From: Spirochaetia bacterium
GTDB lineage: Bacteria; Spirochaetota; Spirochaetia; CADAEX01
Reading direction: 5' to 3'
Assembly: GCA_963662795.1 (NCBI GenBank)
Contig: OY759746.1
Coordinates: forward strand, 2,336,001-2,400,000
Length of the DNA stretch: 64,000 nucleotides
Positions 30,036-39,477 of this stretch are shown in pieces. A program made the translations under genes and the position numbers. Under the pieces are notes generated by a model that was not told the DNA's origin, made no database searches, and was given only the letters and a program-made list of their open reading frames with translations. Position 1 is the stretch's first letter. Every line of letters starts with the position of its first letter.

Positions 30036-30923
30036 TCAGTAATTTTCCAGATATAATTTCAGATAATAAAGACCCGAATCAACTGACCCTTTCGGAATTT
30101 TCATCACCTCGGCGATATCCTGATGTGTAGGTTCATCAGTTATCATATCAATCTTTTTTGTAATACTGTCTATACTTGATTTTTCCTTTGTTATTTTTAG
30201 ATAAAGCTGTTCCTTTTCTTCAAAGTTTAAAGAGGAGTGAAAGCTTTCATGAAGCAGGCAAAGCCTGCAGAAATGCCTGTTACGTCTGTTTTGAAGAAAG
30301 ATTTTTTTATTTTTCTTTTCCGACCTTTTTTCATCAAGCTGCCAGAAGGCGTCAGAAAGCCATTTGCGGTCGCAGTCAAGCATGTCAGATATACGGAATA
30401 TTTCATTTTCTGCACTGTAGTGCATGCTTTTAAGTGCAAGCATTAATAGCCTTTTCTTTAATGTGTTTTCCCTGTTGATTCCGGACGGGTCTCTTGCCAG
30501 AATGTCCTGAAAAAAATCAGCAAAGGGGTATGAGGGAGGTTCACATACTGAATCATTGCCGGCTGTGGATGAGTTTATGATTTTTTCATAAGGCCACAGT
30601 TCCTTGTTCTTCAATATTTTGATAGATACTTCTTCTGCCGTCTTTTTTGCTGCGAATGTCTTAACCTGGAGTTTAATGGTTTTTACGAGATATACCTCGA
30701 AGGGAACTTCCCTGATCTGGAATGAATCAACCATTCTTTCAATTTTTGGATAAAAATAGCTGAAAAAATCGCTGCAGTCATCCTCTTTCCAGTTATAAAT
30801 CCTGCCCGGGTATTTATAAACAAAAAGGCAGATTGCTTCCAGTACAATTTTTCTTGCTATGTTTCCGTTCCTGTAGGAAACAAGCATAGCGGTAAGGTCA
30901 TACTTTTTCATTTTTAACTCCAT
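30036..30923 (-). CDS. Hypothetical protein with sigma70 region-4-like C-terminal HTH
   Basis: THQDIAEVMKIPKGSVDSGLYYLK; long ORF co-oriented with rdgB. Confidence 0.6.
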   Translation of the reverse strand: MELKMKKYDLTAMLVSYRNGNIARKIVLEAICLFVYKYPGRIYNWKEDDCSDFFSYFYPKIERMVDSFQIREVPFEVYLVKTIKLQVKTFAAKKTAEEVSIKILKNKELWPYEKIINSSTAGNDSVCEPPSYPFADFFQDILARDPSGINRENTLKKRLLMLALKSMHYSAENEIFRISDMLDCDRKWLSDAFWQLDEKRSEKKNKKIFLQNRRNRHFCRLCLLHESFHSSLNFEEKEQLYLKITKEKSSIDSITKKIDMITDEPTHQDIAEVMKIPKGSVDSGLYYLKLYLENY

Positions 30924-31102
30924 GTTTTTTAAATATTTTTATACCGTCACAGGAGTGCAGCAAAAGGCCTTACCGCCGGCACTTTAACAGACCTAGAAAC
31001 ATGTATATAATTCGCTGATAAGTATAAATATAATACAGGTTAAAAACAGAAGCTGATTCAATTATACAGAAAATTTTAAAATTAAACTTATGGAAGGGAA
31101 AA

Positions 31103-32152
31103 ATGGCGTACGGAGCCGATATGCTGCTGGGTTACGGCAGTATGAAAGAAAGACTGCTTTTTGACGGGGATGAAATAGAATTTATTGAAGAGAATATAGA
31201 TAAACTTCACAGGATAGGGACAACGGCATATTATGCAGGTATTTCCGGGAAAGAAAAAAACGATCCTCTGAGGATGCAGTTTATTCCTGATAAAAGAGAG
31301 CTTGATATTGCGGAATATGAAAAACCGGATCCTCTGTGTGAGAAACAATTTTCCCCTCATGATAAAATAATTCACAGATACCCCGACAGGGTGCTCTTTC
31401 TGGCATCCGGCAGGTGTCCTTTATACTGCAGGCATTGTTTCAGGCGGTATCTCGGAGAAAAGGGATTCAGGGACGCGGATGAAAAAGATGTTGAAGACCT
31501 CATAAGCTATATAACCTGGCATAAGCAAATCCGGGAGGTATTAATCTCCGGAGGGGACCCGCTGATGCTTGAAGATGATTTTCTTGAGTATATTTGCCGC
31601 AGGATAAGAACAGCCGGCAAGGGGATTGTAATCAGGATAGGGACAAGGGTGCCTGTTGTTTATCCTTCACGTGTCAATGCTTCACTTGCAGAAATGCTCT
31701 CAAAATACCGGCCTCTTTATATATTTACGCAGTTTAATCACCCGAGAGAGATTACGGCCCAAAGCAGCGGGGCGGTGGATTTTTTTGTAAAATCGGGTAT
31801 TCCTGTATTGAACCAGACCGTTCTCCTTAGGGGAATAAATAATACGGCAGCTGTTCTTGAATCCCTTTTTTACTCTCTTGTTTCAATTTCTGTAAAGCCT
31901 TATTACCTTTTTCAGGGAGATCTTGCTTCCGGAACTTCCCATTTAAGGGCTCCGCTTGATGAGGGGCTTAGCCTGATGCGGTCCTTAAGGGAAAAGATGT
32001 CGGCCCTTTCTCTTCCCCTGTTTGCTGTTGACCTGCCGGACGGCGGCGGCAAAGCAGCACTTGAGATGTCTTCAATTGTAAAAAAGGATGATGGTTTCTA
32101 CCATATAAAAAGCGCTGATGGAAGAATTGCTCAATATCCTGTTGAGGATTGA
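31103..32152 (+). CDS. KamA/EpmB-family radical SAM (lysine 2,3-aminomutase-like)
   Basis: HRYPDRVL, CPLYCRHCFRR, ISGGDPL, NQTVLLRGIN, DLPDGGGK. Confidence 0.9.
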   Translation: MAYGADMLLGYGSMKERLLFDGDEIEFIEENIDKLHRIGTTAYYAGISGKEKNDPLRMQFIPDKRELDIAEYEKPDPLCEKQFSPHDKIIHRYPDRVLFLASGRCPLYCRHCFRRYLGEKGFRDADEKDVEDLISYITWHKQIREVLISGGDPLMLEDDFLEYICRRIRTAGKGIVIRIGTRVPVVYPSRVNASLAEMLSKYRPLYIFTQFNHPREITAQSSGAVDFFVKSGIPVLNQTVLLRGINNTAAVLESLFYSLVSISVKPYYLFQGDLASGTSHLRAPLDEGLSLMRSLREKMSALSLPLFAVDLPDGGGKAALEMSSIVKKDDGFYHIKSADGRIAQYPVED

Positions 32153-32178
32153 TTTTAATTTTCTCCCCAGGCCGCTGT

Positions 32179-32991
32179 TCAGTTCTTTTTCCTTACAGCA
32201 GAGACTACCGTAAGCACAGACAGCGTTATGAGATACGGCAATGCAAGTATTACAGTTGCCGGCATCCCGATAAACCCCTGTGTCCAGTTCGCAAGGCTTT
32301 CGGCGGAAGCAAAAAGAATGCAGCTTAAAAAAACCCATTGCGGCTTTCTGTATCCAAGATAGATTGCTACCAGCGCAATCCAGCCCCGTCCGGATGATAT
32401 GTTGGGGACAAATGCGCCTATCCTTGCGGCAAGGGACGCTCCTGCGATTCCGCAGAGGACTCCTGAGATAAGAAGCGCCGTATAACGGTAAAAATCAGGA
32501 TTGATGCCCCTGTAATAAAGGACTGCTTCGGAAAGTCCTGCGACACGGCATCTCATCCCGTAAGGGGTATAATTTATAACATACCAGGATAGCGGCAGAA
32601 GAAGCAGGGCGAACAGGGTAAAAAAATATGAGCTTCCCTGAATTGCAGTTTCCGCACGTATCACGCCGCCCCCTTTTACGAGGATTGTTGAAAATACTGT
32701 TACAAGGCCGTATGCAAGCAGGTTTGCAGCAAGAGCTGATATAAATATGTTGGCCCTGAAGCGGAAAGAGAAGAATGCTGTTATGAGCGCAAGGAGAGAA
32801 GAGGCGGCAACCGCTGCCAGCAGTCCCAGAACAATGCTTCCTGTCATGTTTGAAACTACAATTGCCCAGAAAGCCCCGATAAGGATCTGCCCCTCAAGTG
32901 CTATGTTTAGGGATCCGCACAGTTCTGTAAACAGGCCGCCGATAGAGGCAAGAATATATGGTGTTGCTGTTTTAAAAATGTCTTCTATCAC
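32179..32991 (-). CDS. Nucleoside/sugar ABC permease (BPD_transp_2)
   Basis: LNIALEG, SGRGWIALVAI, ALPYL; GTG start at 32991 inferred. Confidence 0.85.
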   Translation of the reverse strand: MIEDIFKTATPYILASIGGLFTELCGSLNIALEGQILIGAFWAIVVSNMTGSIVLGLLAAVAASSLLALITAFFSFRFRANIFISALAANLLAYGLVTVFSTILVKGGGVIRAETAIQGSSYFFTLFALLLLPLSWYVINYTPYGMRCRVAGLSEAVLYYRGINPDFYRYTALLISGVLCGIAGASLAARIGAFVPNISSGRGWIALVAIYLGYRKPQWVFLSCILFASAESLANWTQGFIGMPATVILALPYLITLSVLTVVSAVRKKN

Positions 32992-34021
32992 CGGGGGCCT
33001 CTTTTGTAAAAAATTTGGCAGTAATAAAGAAAAAAACAAATGCCTGAAGTATCGGGCTAAGCTCAAACGGGAAGCCGGAATAAAGGACAATCCCTGAAAG
33101 TCCGCTTTCCATCCAGGATATGAATAATGCGGCCGGTATAATAAGCAGGGGATGATTACGCCCGATCAGCGACACTGCGATAGCGCTCCATCCGATTCCT
33201 CCTGTGCAGTTATACGCGCACATATAATATGTTCCAAGGGAGGCGAAACTGCCTGTTAATCCGTTTAAAAGTCCGCTTACAAGAAACGGGATTGTAATAA
33301 AATACTCTGTTCTCACTCCGCTGTAGATCGCAAAAAGCCTGCTTTTACCGCTTGTCCTGAGTTTGAGTCCGCTTGCTGTCCTGTAAAGATAGATATAATA
33401 TATTGCAGCTATTATTATTGCTGCTATAAAACTGATATTCAGTTTTGAGGGGGGAAGGAACTGTTTCAGCCGCAGTGCCTGGGGTATTTCCCTGGTTGTT
33501 ATGAGATAGCTTGCGGGATCTCCCATGGGGCCTGTTATCAGGTAGTTCACAATATGAATTACAGCGGCAGAGAGGAGAAATGAAGTTATAAGATCATTTG
33601 TATTCCATTTCATCTTCAGATAGCCTGAAACAGTTCCCATTGCCGCACCTGTAAGGGAGCCTGCAGCGATTGCCCCTGCAATAGCCAGAACAGGACTATA
33701 GGAAGAAAGCGCTATGGAAACCGCGGTTGCCGTAAAAACGCCGGAGTATATCTGCCCCTCTCCTCCAAGGTTGAACATGCCTGCCTTGAAAACAAGCGAA
33801 ATGCCGGAGGCGGAAATTATCAGCAGCCCTGCATAATTAAGCATGTTTCCAAGATAGAAATTATTGGAAAGCGGTGATGTCAGGAAGATATATAAAGTGT
33901 TTACAGGATTACTGCTTACTGCAGTTATTATAAGTACCAGACTGATAAAGGCGGCTGCCGGGGTTATCAGTGGACTAAAGATATCAGACCATTTTATACT
34001 GGATTTTTTCTGTGGATGCAA
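32972..34021 (-). CDS. Nucleoside/sugar ABC permease
   Basis: FNLGGEGQI, GIGWSAIAVSLIGRNHP. Confidence 0.88.
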   Translation of the reverse strand: MHPQKKSSIKWSDIFSPLITPAAAFISLVLIITAVSSNPVNTLYIFLTSPLSNNFYLGNMLNYAGLLIISASGISLVFKAGMFNLGGEGQIYSGVFTATAVSIALSSYSPVLAIAGAIAAGSLTGAAMGTVSGYLKMKWNTNDLITSFLLSAAVIHIVNYLITGPMGDPASYLITTREIPQALRLKQFLPPSKLNISFIAAIIIAAIYYIYLYRTASGLKLRTSGKSRLFAIYSGVRTEYFITIPFLVSGLLNGLTGSFASLGTYYMCAYNCTGGIGWSAIAVSLIGRNHPLLIIPAALFISWMESGLSGIVLYSGFPFELSPILQAFVFFFITAKFFTKEAPGDRRHF

Positions 34022-34034
34022 TTAATACTCCATG

Positions 34035-35546
34035 TCAGCGGTTTGCTTCCATTCCAAGCATCAGCCTTCCGATATTATAGCTGTTTATCTCATTGCCTTC
34101 AAGGAATCCCGCAATTTTACCCTCGTGCATTACAGCAGCCCTGTCTGAAAGGTCAATTATCTCTTCAATATCGGTTGAGATCATGATTATGGAAGTTCCC
34201 CTGTTTCTTAATTCAAGGATTGTATTGTAAATCATTTCCCTGCTTTGAAAATCAAGGTTCCAGGACGGCTCGCAAAATATAAGAAGCTTTTTAGCCTTAT
34301 GCATTTCCCTGAAAAGTATTACTTTCTGTATATTCCCGCCTGAAAGCTGCCAGAGCGGCTGTCCGAAAATAGCTTTGATGTCAAAAGAATCCCTTCCGAT
34401 GTTGAAAAAATCCAGTATCCTCTCTTTCCTGATAAAACCGTTTTCTGTGAAAGAGGCGATATCTGTAAAGGCCAGATTGTTCTCGACAGTTCCCGTAAGG
34501 CTTGTTCCCCTTCCCATTCTGTCTGAAGGGATGTATTTTATCCCTGCTTTCCTTAAGGTTCTTGTCGAGGAAATTTTTATTTCTTTCCCCATATAAAAAA
34601 AGTTCCCGCTTTGGACCTGAATAAAACCGCTTAAAAGGTCTTCCATGATGTCAAGATTTTTATCCCTGATTCCGGTAAAAGAGAGTATTTCCCCTTCCCG
34701 TACGGCAAAATTAAATCCTGTTTTATCATTACTGCTTTTTCCCGGAATAATATCTCTTGCCTCGAATACTTTTTCATCCCCGACGCTGTTTCTTTTTCCC
34801 GATCTTATTCCGTGAAAACTGCCGGAACTGCTTCCGATGATGAGGTCTGCGATACTGTCGATATCGGTTTTATCTGTGTCAAAAGTTCCTTTCAGTTTTC
34901 CCTTTGACAGAACAGATATCCTGTCCGCAGCAGACAGGGCTGTTTCTATTTTATGTGTAATAAATATGATTGTTTTTCCATTATCCTTTAATTTCCTCAT
35001 TATCCCGTAAAAATCCTGTGATTCAGCATCGCTTAAGGATGCAGTAGGTTCATCAAATATTATCACTTCAGCTTTTCTGTAGATCAGCGCAATAAGGATT
35101 GTAAGCTGCCTGGATTCCGGTGAAAGGGGAGTGCGGGAAATATCAATCTCAATACCGAATTGTCTTTTTATGGATTCAATTTCATTGATTGCTTTTTTTC
35201 TGTCTATCTTCTGAAAGCATTTTCCTTCTTTTCCTATAATTATATTGTCGAGAATGGAAAATCCGGGAACTATCCCAGGCTGCTGGTGAACCATTCCAAT
35301 CCCTTTTTTAAGCGCGTCGTGTGGAGAATTGAACGTCACCACCTCTCCCTTGTACCTGATAATACCGCTGTCCTGCGGCAGGAGCCCCGAGAGAATGTGC
35401 ATGAGGGTTGATTTACCTGAACCGTTTTCTCCGGCTATTGAATGTATTTCGTTTTCTTTAAGTTCAAAGTCAATTCCGCTGTTCGCAACTACATTGCTGC
35501 CTGGAAAAGCTTTCGAGATTTTTTCAGTTTTCAATAATATATTCAT
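34035..35546 (-). CDS. Two-domain ABC ATPase (CUT2/nucleoside type)
   Basis: GENGSGKST, IFDEPT, LSGGNIQK. Confidence 0.92.
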   Translation of the reverse strand: MNILLKTEKISKAFPGSNVVANSGIDFELKENEIHSIAGENGSGKSTLMHILSGLLPQDSGIIRYKGEVVTFNSPHDALKKGIGMVHQQPGIVPGFSILDNIIIGKEGKCFQKIDRKKAINEIESIKRQFGIEIDISRTPLSPESRQLTILIALIYRKAEVIIFDEPTASLSDAESQDFYGIMRKLKDNGKTIIFITHKIETALSAADRISVLSKGKLKGTFDTDKTDIDSIADLIIGSSSGSFHGIRSGKRNSVGDEKVFEARDIIPGKSSNDKTGFNFAVREGEILSFTGIRDKNLDIMEDLLSGFIQVQSGNFFYMGKEIKISSTRTLRKAGIKYIPSDRMGRGTSLTGTVENNLAFTDIASFTENGFIRKERILDFFNIGRDSFDIKAIFGQPLWQLSGGNIQKVILFREMHKAKKLLIFCEPSWNLDFQSREMIYNTILELRNRGTSIIMISTDIEEIIDLSDRAAVMHEGKIAGFLEGNEINSYNIGRLMLGMEANR

Positions 35547-35554
35547 TTTCTCTT

Positions 35555-36637
35555 TCAGAAATGAGGCATTTCAAGCTTTACAGCTCCTTTTGATATCATC
35601 TCTTCTGTTTCCTTTATTTTTGCTCTCAGTTCTTCCGGCACAATTTTGATAAAGGCGGGATCATCATCCACAAAATACACATATCCTTCTTTAACTCCTG
35701 CAATATCGGCAGAGCCGAAAGGAAGTGTCCCTGAAACTGCTTTTTTTGTAATTTCGTAAGCAGCCTTATCCTGTTTTATTGCAGAACATCCCGCAACCTG
35801 TCCGTCCGAAAGCGAATATCCGTTATTGTCAAACCACAGAACATATTTCCCCTTGTCTTTCGCGGCCGAAAGAACGCCCTGTCCTGCGCCGCCCGCAATG
35901 GCAAGAATTACATCAATACCCGAGTTGTACATCTGCCCCGCGAGTTCCGCCCCTTTTGATGCATCATACCAGTTGCCGACTATTCTGAAATCCATCTCTA
36001 TTTCACTGTTAACAGATTTAAGTCCTTTCTCAAATCCCGGTTTGATTACATTATTCATCATTGGATACTCCTGCCCGGCAATGAGGCCTACTTTAAGATT
36101 TTTGTCTGCTCCCCTCATGTCTGATCCTGTCACAAGCGCGCCCATGACACCTATAAGATATGCCTGCTCATAGCTGTTATATAAAAAAGTGTAGATGTTG
36201 TTATTTCCTTTCAGATATCCGTCAAGTACAATAAATTTCTGTTCAGGATAGATTCCGGAAACCCTGCTGCATATTTCAGGCATTGCCGGATTTGAGGTAA
36301 TTATATATTTATAATTTTTTGTTCCGGCAAGAGCAGTCAGTTTGTTTTCCCACTCCCCCTGGTTGAATCCTGCTTCGAAAACAAGAACCTCTGCCTCCTT
36401 GTTTTCATCAGCTGCCTGTTGTACACCTGAAACAAGCATTTCGTAGGTAGGACTTCCTGCCGTTACTCCAGGAATAAATACTGCAATATTTATTTTCCCG
36501 TTTAACGCTTCGGATGAAGATGTTCCCTCTTTTTCTGCCGGCCCTGCACCTGCCGGTCCGCGGGAGTCTGTTTTCGCTGTACAGCCTGTAAAATAAATAG
36601 CAGTAAATATGATTAAGTAAAAAAAATATTTTTTCAT
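35555..36637 (-). CDS. BMP-family ABC substrate-binding lipoprotein
   Basis: Lipobox YFTGC; VGNWYDASKG, AIAGGAGQGV. Confidence 0.9.
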   Translation of the reverse strand: MKKYFFYLIIFTAIYFTGCTAKTDSRGPAGAGPAEKEGTSSSEALNGKINIAVFIPGVTAGSPTYEMLVSGVQQAADENKEAEVLVFEAGFNQGEWENKLTALAGTKNYKYIITSNPAMPEICSRVSGIYPEQKFIVLDGYLKGNNNIYTFLYNSYEQAYLIGVMGALVTGSDMRGADKNLKVGLIAGQEYPMMNNVIKPGFEKGLKSVNSEIEMDFRIVGNWYDASKGAELAGQMYNSGIDVILAIAGGAGQGVLSAAKDKGKYVLWFDNNGYSLSDGQVAGCSAIKQDKAAYEITKKAVSGTLPFGSADIAGVKEGYVYFVDDDPAFIKIVPEELRAKIKETEEMISKGAVKLEMPHF

Positions 36638-36792
36638 TTGTTTTCTCCGGTATAATTTACAATAAAAATACGCATTGATATGATTCTAATCTTAATTAAA
36701 CAAAAAGAAAATAGTAAGATGACAACAGCTTGTTGACTCATAAATAATCAGTGTGTTATGGTCAGCACAAAATTGAAAAATTGAGGTGGGAG

Positions 36793-38028
36793 ATGCGTTT
36801 TTCAAAACCTGTAAATCTCGGGATTGTAGCCTGTCCCGGGGCGGAACTATTTACGGATGATATTATTCTTCACCTGAAGAAAAACTATATAAAAAAGCAT
36901 AAAAAGAAAATTGAGCTTATTTCCAGAGCTTACGGACTGCCTCATGATGAAGTTGTAAAGCAGATAAATCTTTTAATAGATATTGATGATCCTAACCTTA
37001 CAATGTGCCCCGATATTGAAAAACACAGGGTTCCGGAGTTTAAAATCCCGGTTAAATACACACGATTTGCAAATGGAGAATTCAAGGCGGAGATACGTTC
37101 TTCTGTCAGGGGAATGGATGTGTTTATAGTCCAGGATGTTGAAAACCATTATCCGCTGAAAATCAATGATGACGGGTCAACGCATGTCTTATCTGTCAAT
37201 GACCATGTTTTTACCCTGTTCGCGACAATTGACGCGGTTATTCAGTCAGGGGCCAGCTCAGTCTCTATTGTTGTTCCGGCTTATCCATACGCCAGGCAGC
37301 ACAAACGCAAAGGAAGGGAAGCGCTCACTGCTGCCTTATTCGGCAGGATAGTTGAGAATATGGGCGTTTCCCGGATTATTACACTTGATATTCACTCCAA
37401 GGAAATTGAGAATTGTCTTAACAAATGCAGAATGGAAGATCTGCATGCTTCCTATCAGATAATCAGAACGCTGCTTAATTATGTTGACCTTGAAAAATCC
37501 GACCTTGTTATTGTTGCTCCTGATACCGGCGCTGTAGACAGGAATAAATTTTATGCGGGGAATTTAAACAAACCGCTCGCAATGCTGTATAAGGAAAGGG
37601 ATTACTCACGGGTTTCCCAGAACGCAAAATCAAGCAACATAACTTCAATGAGGCTGCTTGGAAATGTAAAAGGCAAGGTTGTTTTCATGGCCGATGATAT
37701 GATCGGAACCGGCGGTACAATGATCAAAGCGATGCAGCATTTAAGGGAGATGGGCGCTGAAAAAGTAATATGCGCGATAAGCCTGCCGTTCTTTACCGGT
37801 AATGCAATTGAAAATTTTGATGAAGCATTTAAAAAAGGATATTTCGACAAAATGATCGGGACAAACGCAGTCTACCATGATGAATCCCTGTATTCAAAAG
37901 ATTGGTATGTAAACGCTCACATATCCGACCTTTTTGCGAGGGTAATCTCACGTCTTAATCAGGAAAGAACACTTACGCCGCTGATTGACAACAGCAAGAT
38001 AATCCAGCGGCTTATCAAGAATTCCTGA
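36793..38028 (+). CDS. prs: Ribose-phosphate pyrophosphokinase
   Basis: RFANGE, PYARQ, TLDIHS, VAPDTGA, DDMIGTGGT. Confidence 0.93.
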   Translation: MRFSKPVNLGIVACPGAELFTDDIILHLKKNYIKKHKKKIELISRAYGLPHDEVVKQINLLIDIDDPNLTMCPDIEKHRVPEFKIPVKYTRFANGEFKAEIRSSVRGMDVFIVQDVENHYPLKINDDGSTHVLSVNDHVFTLFATIDAVIQSGASSVSIVVPAYPYARQHKRKGREALTAALFGRIVENMGVSRIITLDIHSKEIENCLNKCRMEDLHASYQIIRTLLNYVDLEKSDLVIVAPDTGAVDRNKFYAGNLNKPLAMLYKERDYSRVSQNAKSSNITSMRLLGNVKGKVVFMADDMIGTGGTMIKAMQHLREMGAEKVICAISLPFFTGNAIENFDEAFKKGYFDKMIGTNAVYHDESLYSKDWYVNAHISDLFARVISRLNQERTLTPLIDNSKIIQRLIKNS

Positions 38029-38048
38029 TGGGGAAAAGCTGATTTATT

Positions 38049-39437
38049 ATGGGAAGAAAAGGACAAAAGGTACTTACGGTAGATATCGGGACATCTTCAA
38101 TAAAAGCGGGAATAATTGACGAGAGCGGTGTTCTTAAATCCTGGCAGAGATCTTCCTATGATGAAGCAGGCGGTGATATTTACAACTGGAATACAAAAAC
38201 CTGGGTAACGGCACTTAAAAAAGCATTATGCAATCTTACCTATCTTGATGAAATTGAAGCTGTTGTATTCAGCGGAAACGGACCTACAATAATTCCTGTA
38301 ACGCGTGATGGAAAATACTCATCTGATTCTCTTTTATGGATAGATGACAAAAAAATCCCCCTTCCTGGAATAAAATCATTTTTTCTTCCCAAAATACTGT
38401 GGTTCAAAGAAAATCTGAAAAATAAATATCAGGATATATGCAGTTTTCTCCCTCTTTCCGGATTTTTCCCGTATCTGCTGACCGGTGAGCTCACCGCCCC
38501 AATTCCGAATATGGAATTCGCGTCATATCTCTGGGATGATGAATCAATTGTTAAAAGCGGGATTGACAAGAAAAAGCTGCCCCGATTTGTTTTAACCGGA
38601 GAGTTGATAGGCAGGGTATCCGCAGAGGCGGGCAAAGAGTATTACCTTAAGGAAGGGCTCCCTGTTTTTGCGGGAGCCAATGATTATCTGATGGCGCTTT
38701 TAGGCACAGGGGCTGTTTTTGAAGGTGCAGTCTGCGACCGGGCAGGTACTTCAGAAGGGATCAACTACACGACAGGCAGAAAAATCTATTGCGAAAGCTT
38801 AAGGTCGCTGCCTCATATTATTGACGGATTTGAAAATGTGTCAGGTGTTCTTGCCTCTTCCGGAATTATCTTTGAATGGTTCAGGAAGGTATCAGGACAG
38901 CAGGGGAAATCCTATCTGGCCCTGGTACGGGAGATTTCAGAGGTTATTCATAAAGAAGACAGTCTTTACTTTTTTCCCTCACTTAAGAAGGGGGCGGTAT
39001 GGCAATTCTCAAAAGGGGCTTTTGTCGGACTTGAAGCCAGACATGGAATCCTTGAAACTGGAAGCGCGGTTGTAAAGTCAATCGGGTTTTCGGTAAGGGA
39101 TGTAATTCAGTATATGGAATCATGTTCCCTTAAAATAGAGGAGATCAGACTTTCAGGCGGTCAGGCTAAAAACCCTCTCTGGAACCAGATGAAATCAGAC
39201 ATGATTGGGAAAAGAATTATTGTTCCGGAAATACATGACGGCGAACTGCTTGGATGCGCCTGTGTCGCATTCAAGGGGCTTGGTGTTTACAGTTCACTTA
39301 TCCGGGCGGCGCAGGAAATGGTACACATAAAAGAGGAATACAATCCGGACAGTACCTCTTATGACAGATTTTCCTGCCTGTTTGAAAAATATTCACAGAT
39401 GTCTGCCCGCATACAGCCTCTTGCTGAAACATTATAA
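38049..39437 (+). CDS. FGGY-family carbohydrate kinase (xylulokinase-like)
   Basis: VDIGTSSIK, AGTSE, SGGQAKN. Confidence 0.88.
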   Translation: MGRKGQKVLTVDIGTSSIKAGIIDESGVLKSWQRSSYDEAGGDIYNWNTKTWVTALKKALCNLTYLDEIEAVVFSGNGPTIIPVTRDGKYSSDSLLWIDDKKIPLPGIKSFFLPKILWFKENLKNKYQDICSFLPLSGFFPYLLTGELTAPIPNMEFASYLWDDESIVKSGIDKKKLPRFVLTGELIGRVSAEAGKEYYLKEGLPVFAGANDYLMALLGTGAVFEGAVCDRAGTSEGINYTTGRKIYCESLRSLPHIIDGFENVSGVLASSGIIFEWFRKVSGQQGKSYLALVREISEVIHKEDSLYFFPSLKKGAVWQFSKGAFVGLEARHGILETGSAVVKSIGFSVRDVIQYMESCSLKIEEIRLSGGQAKNPLWNQMKSDMIGKRIIVPEIHDGELLGCACVAFKGLGVYSSLIRAAQEMVHIKEEYNPDSTSYDRFSCLFEKYSQMSARIQPLAETL

Positions 39438-39477
39438 ATTCCTTCTTGATTATCTTTATATATGGTAGATTATAACT

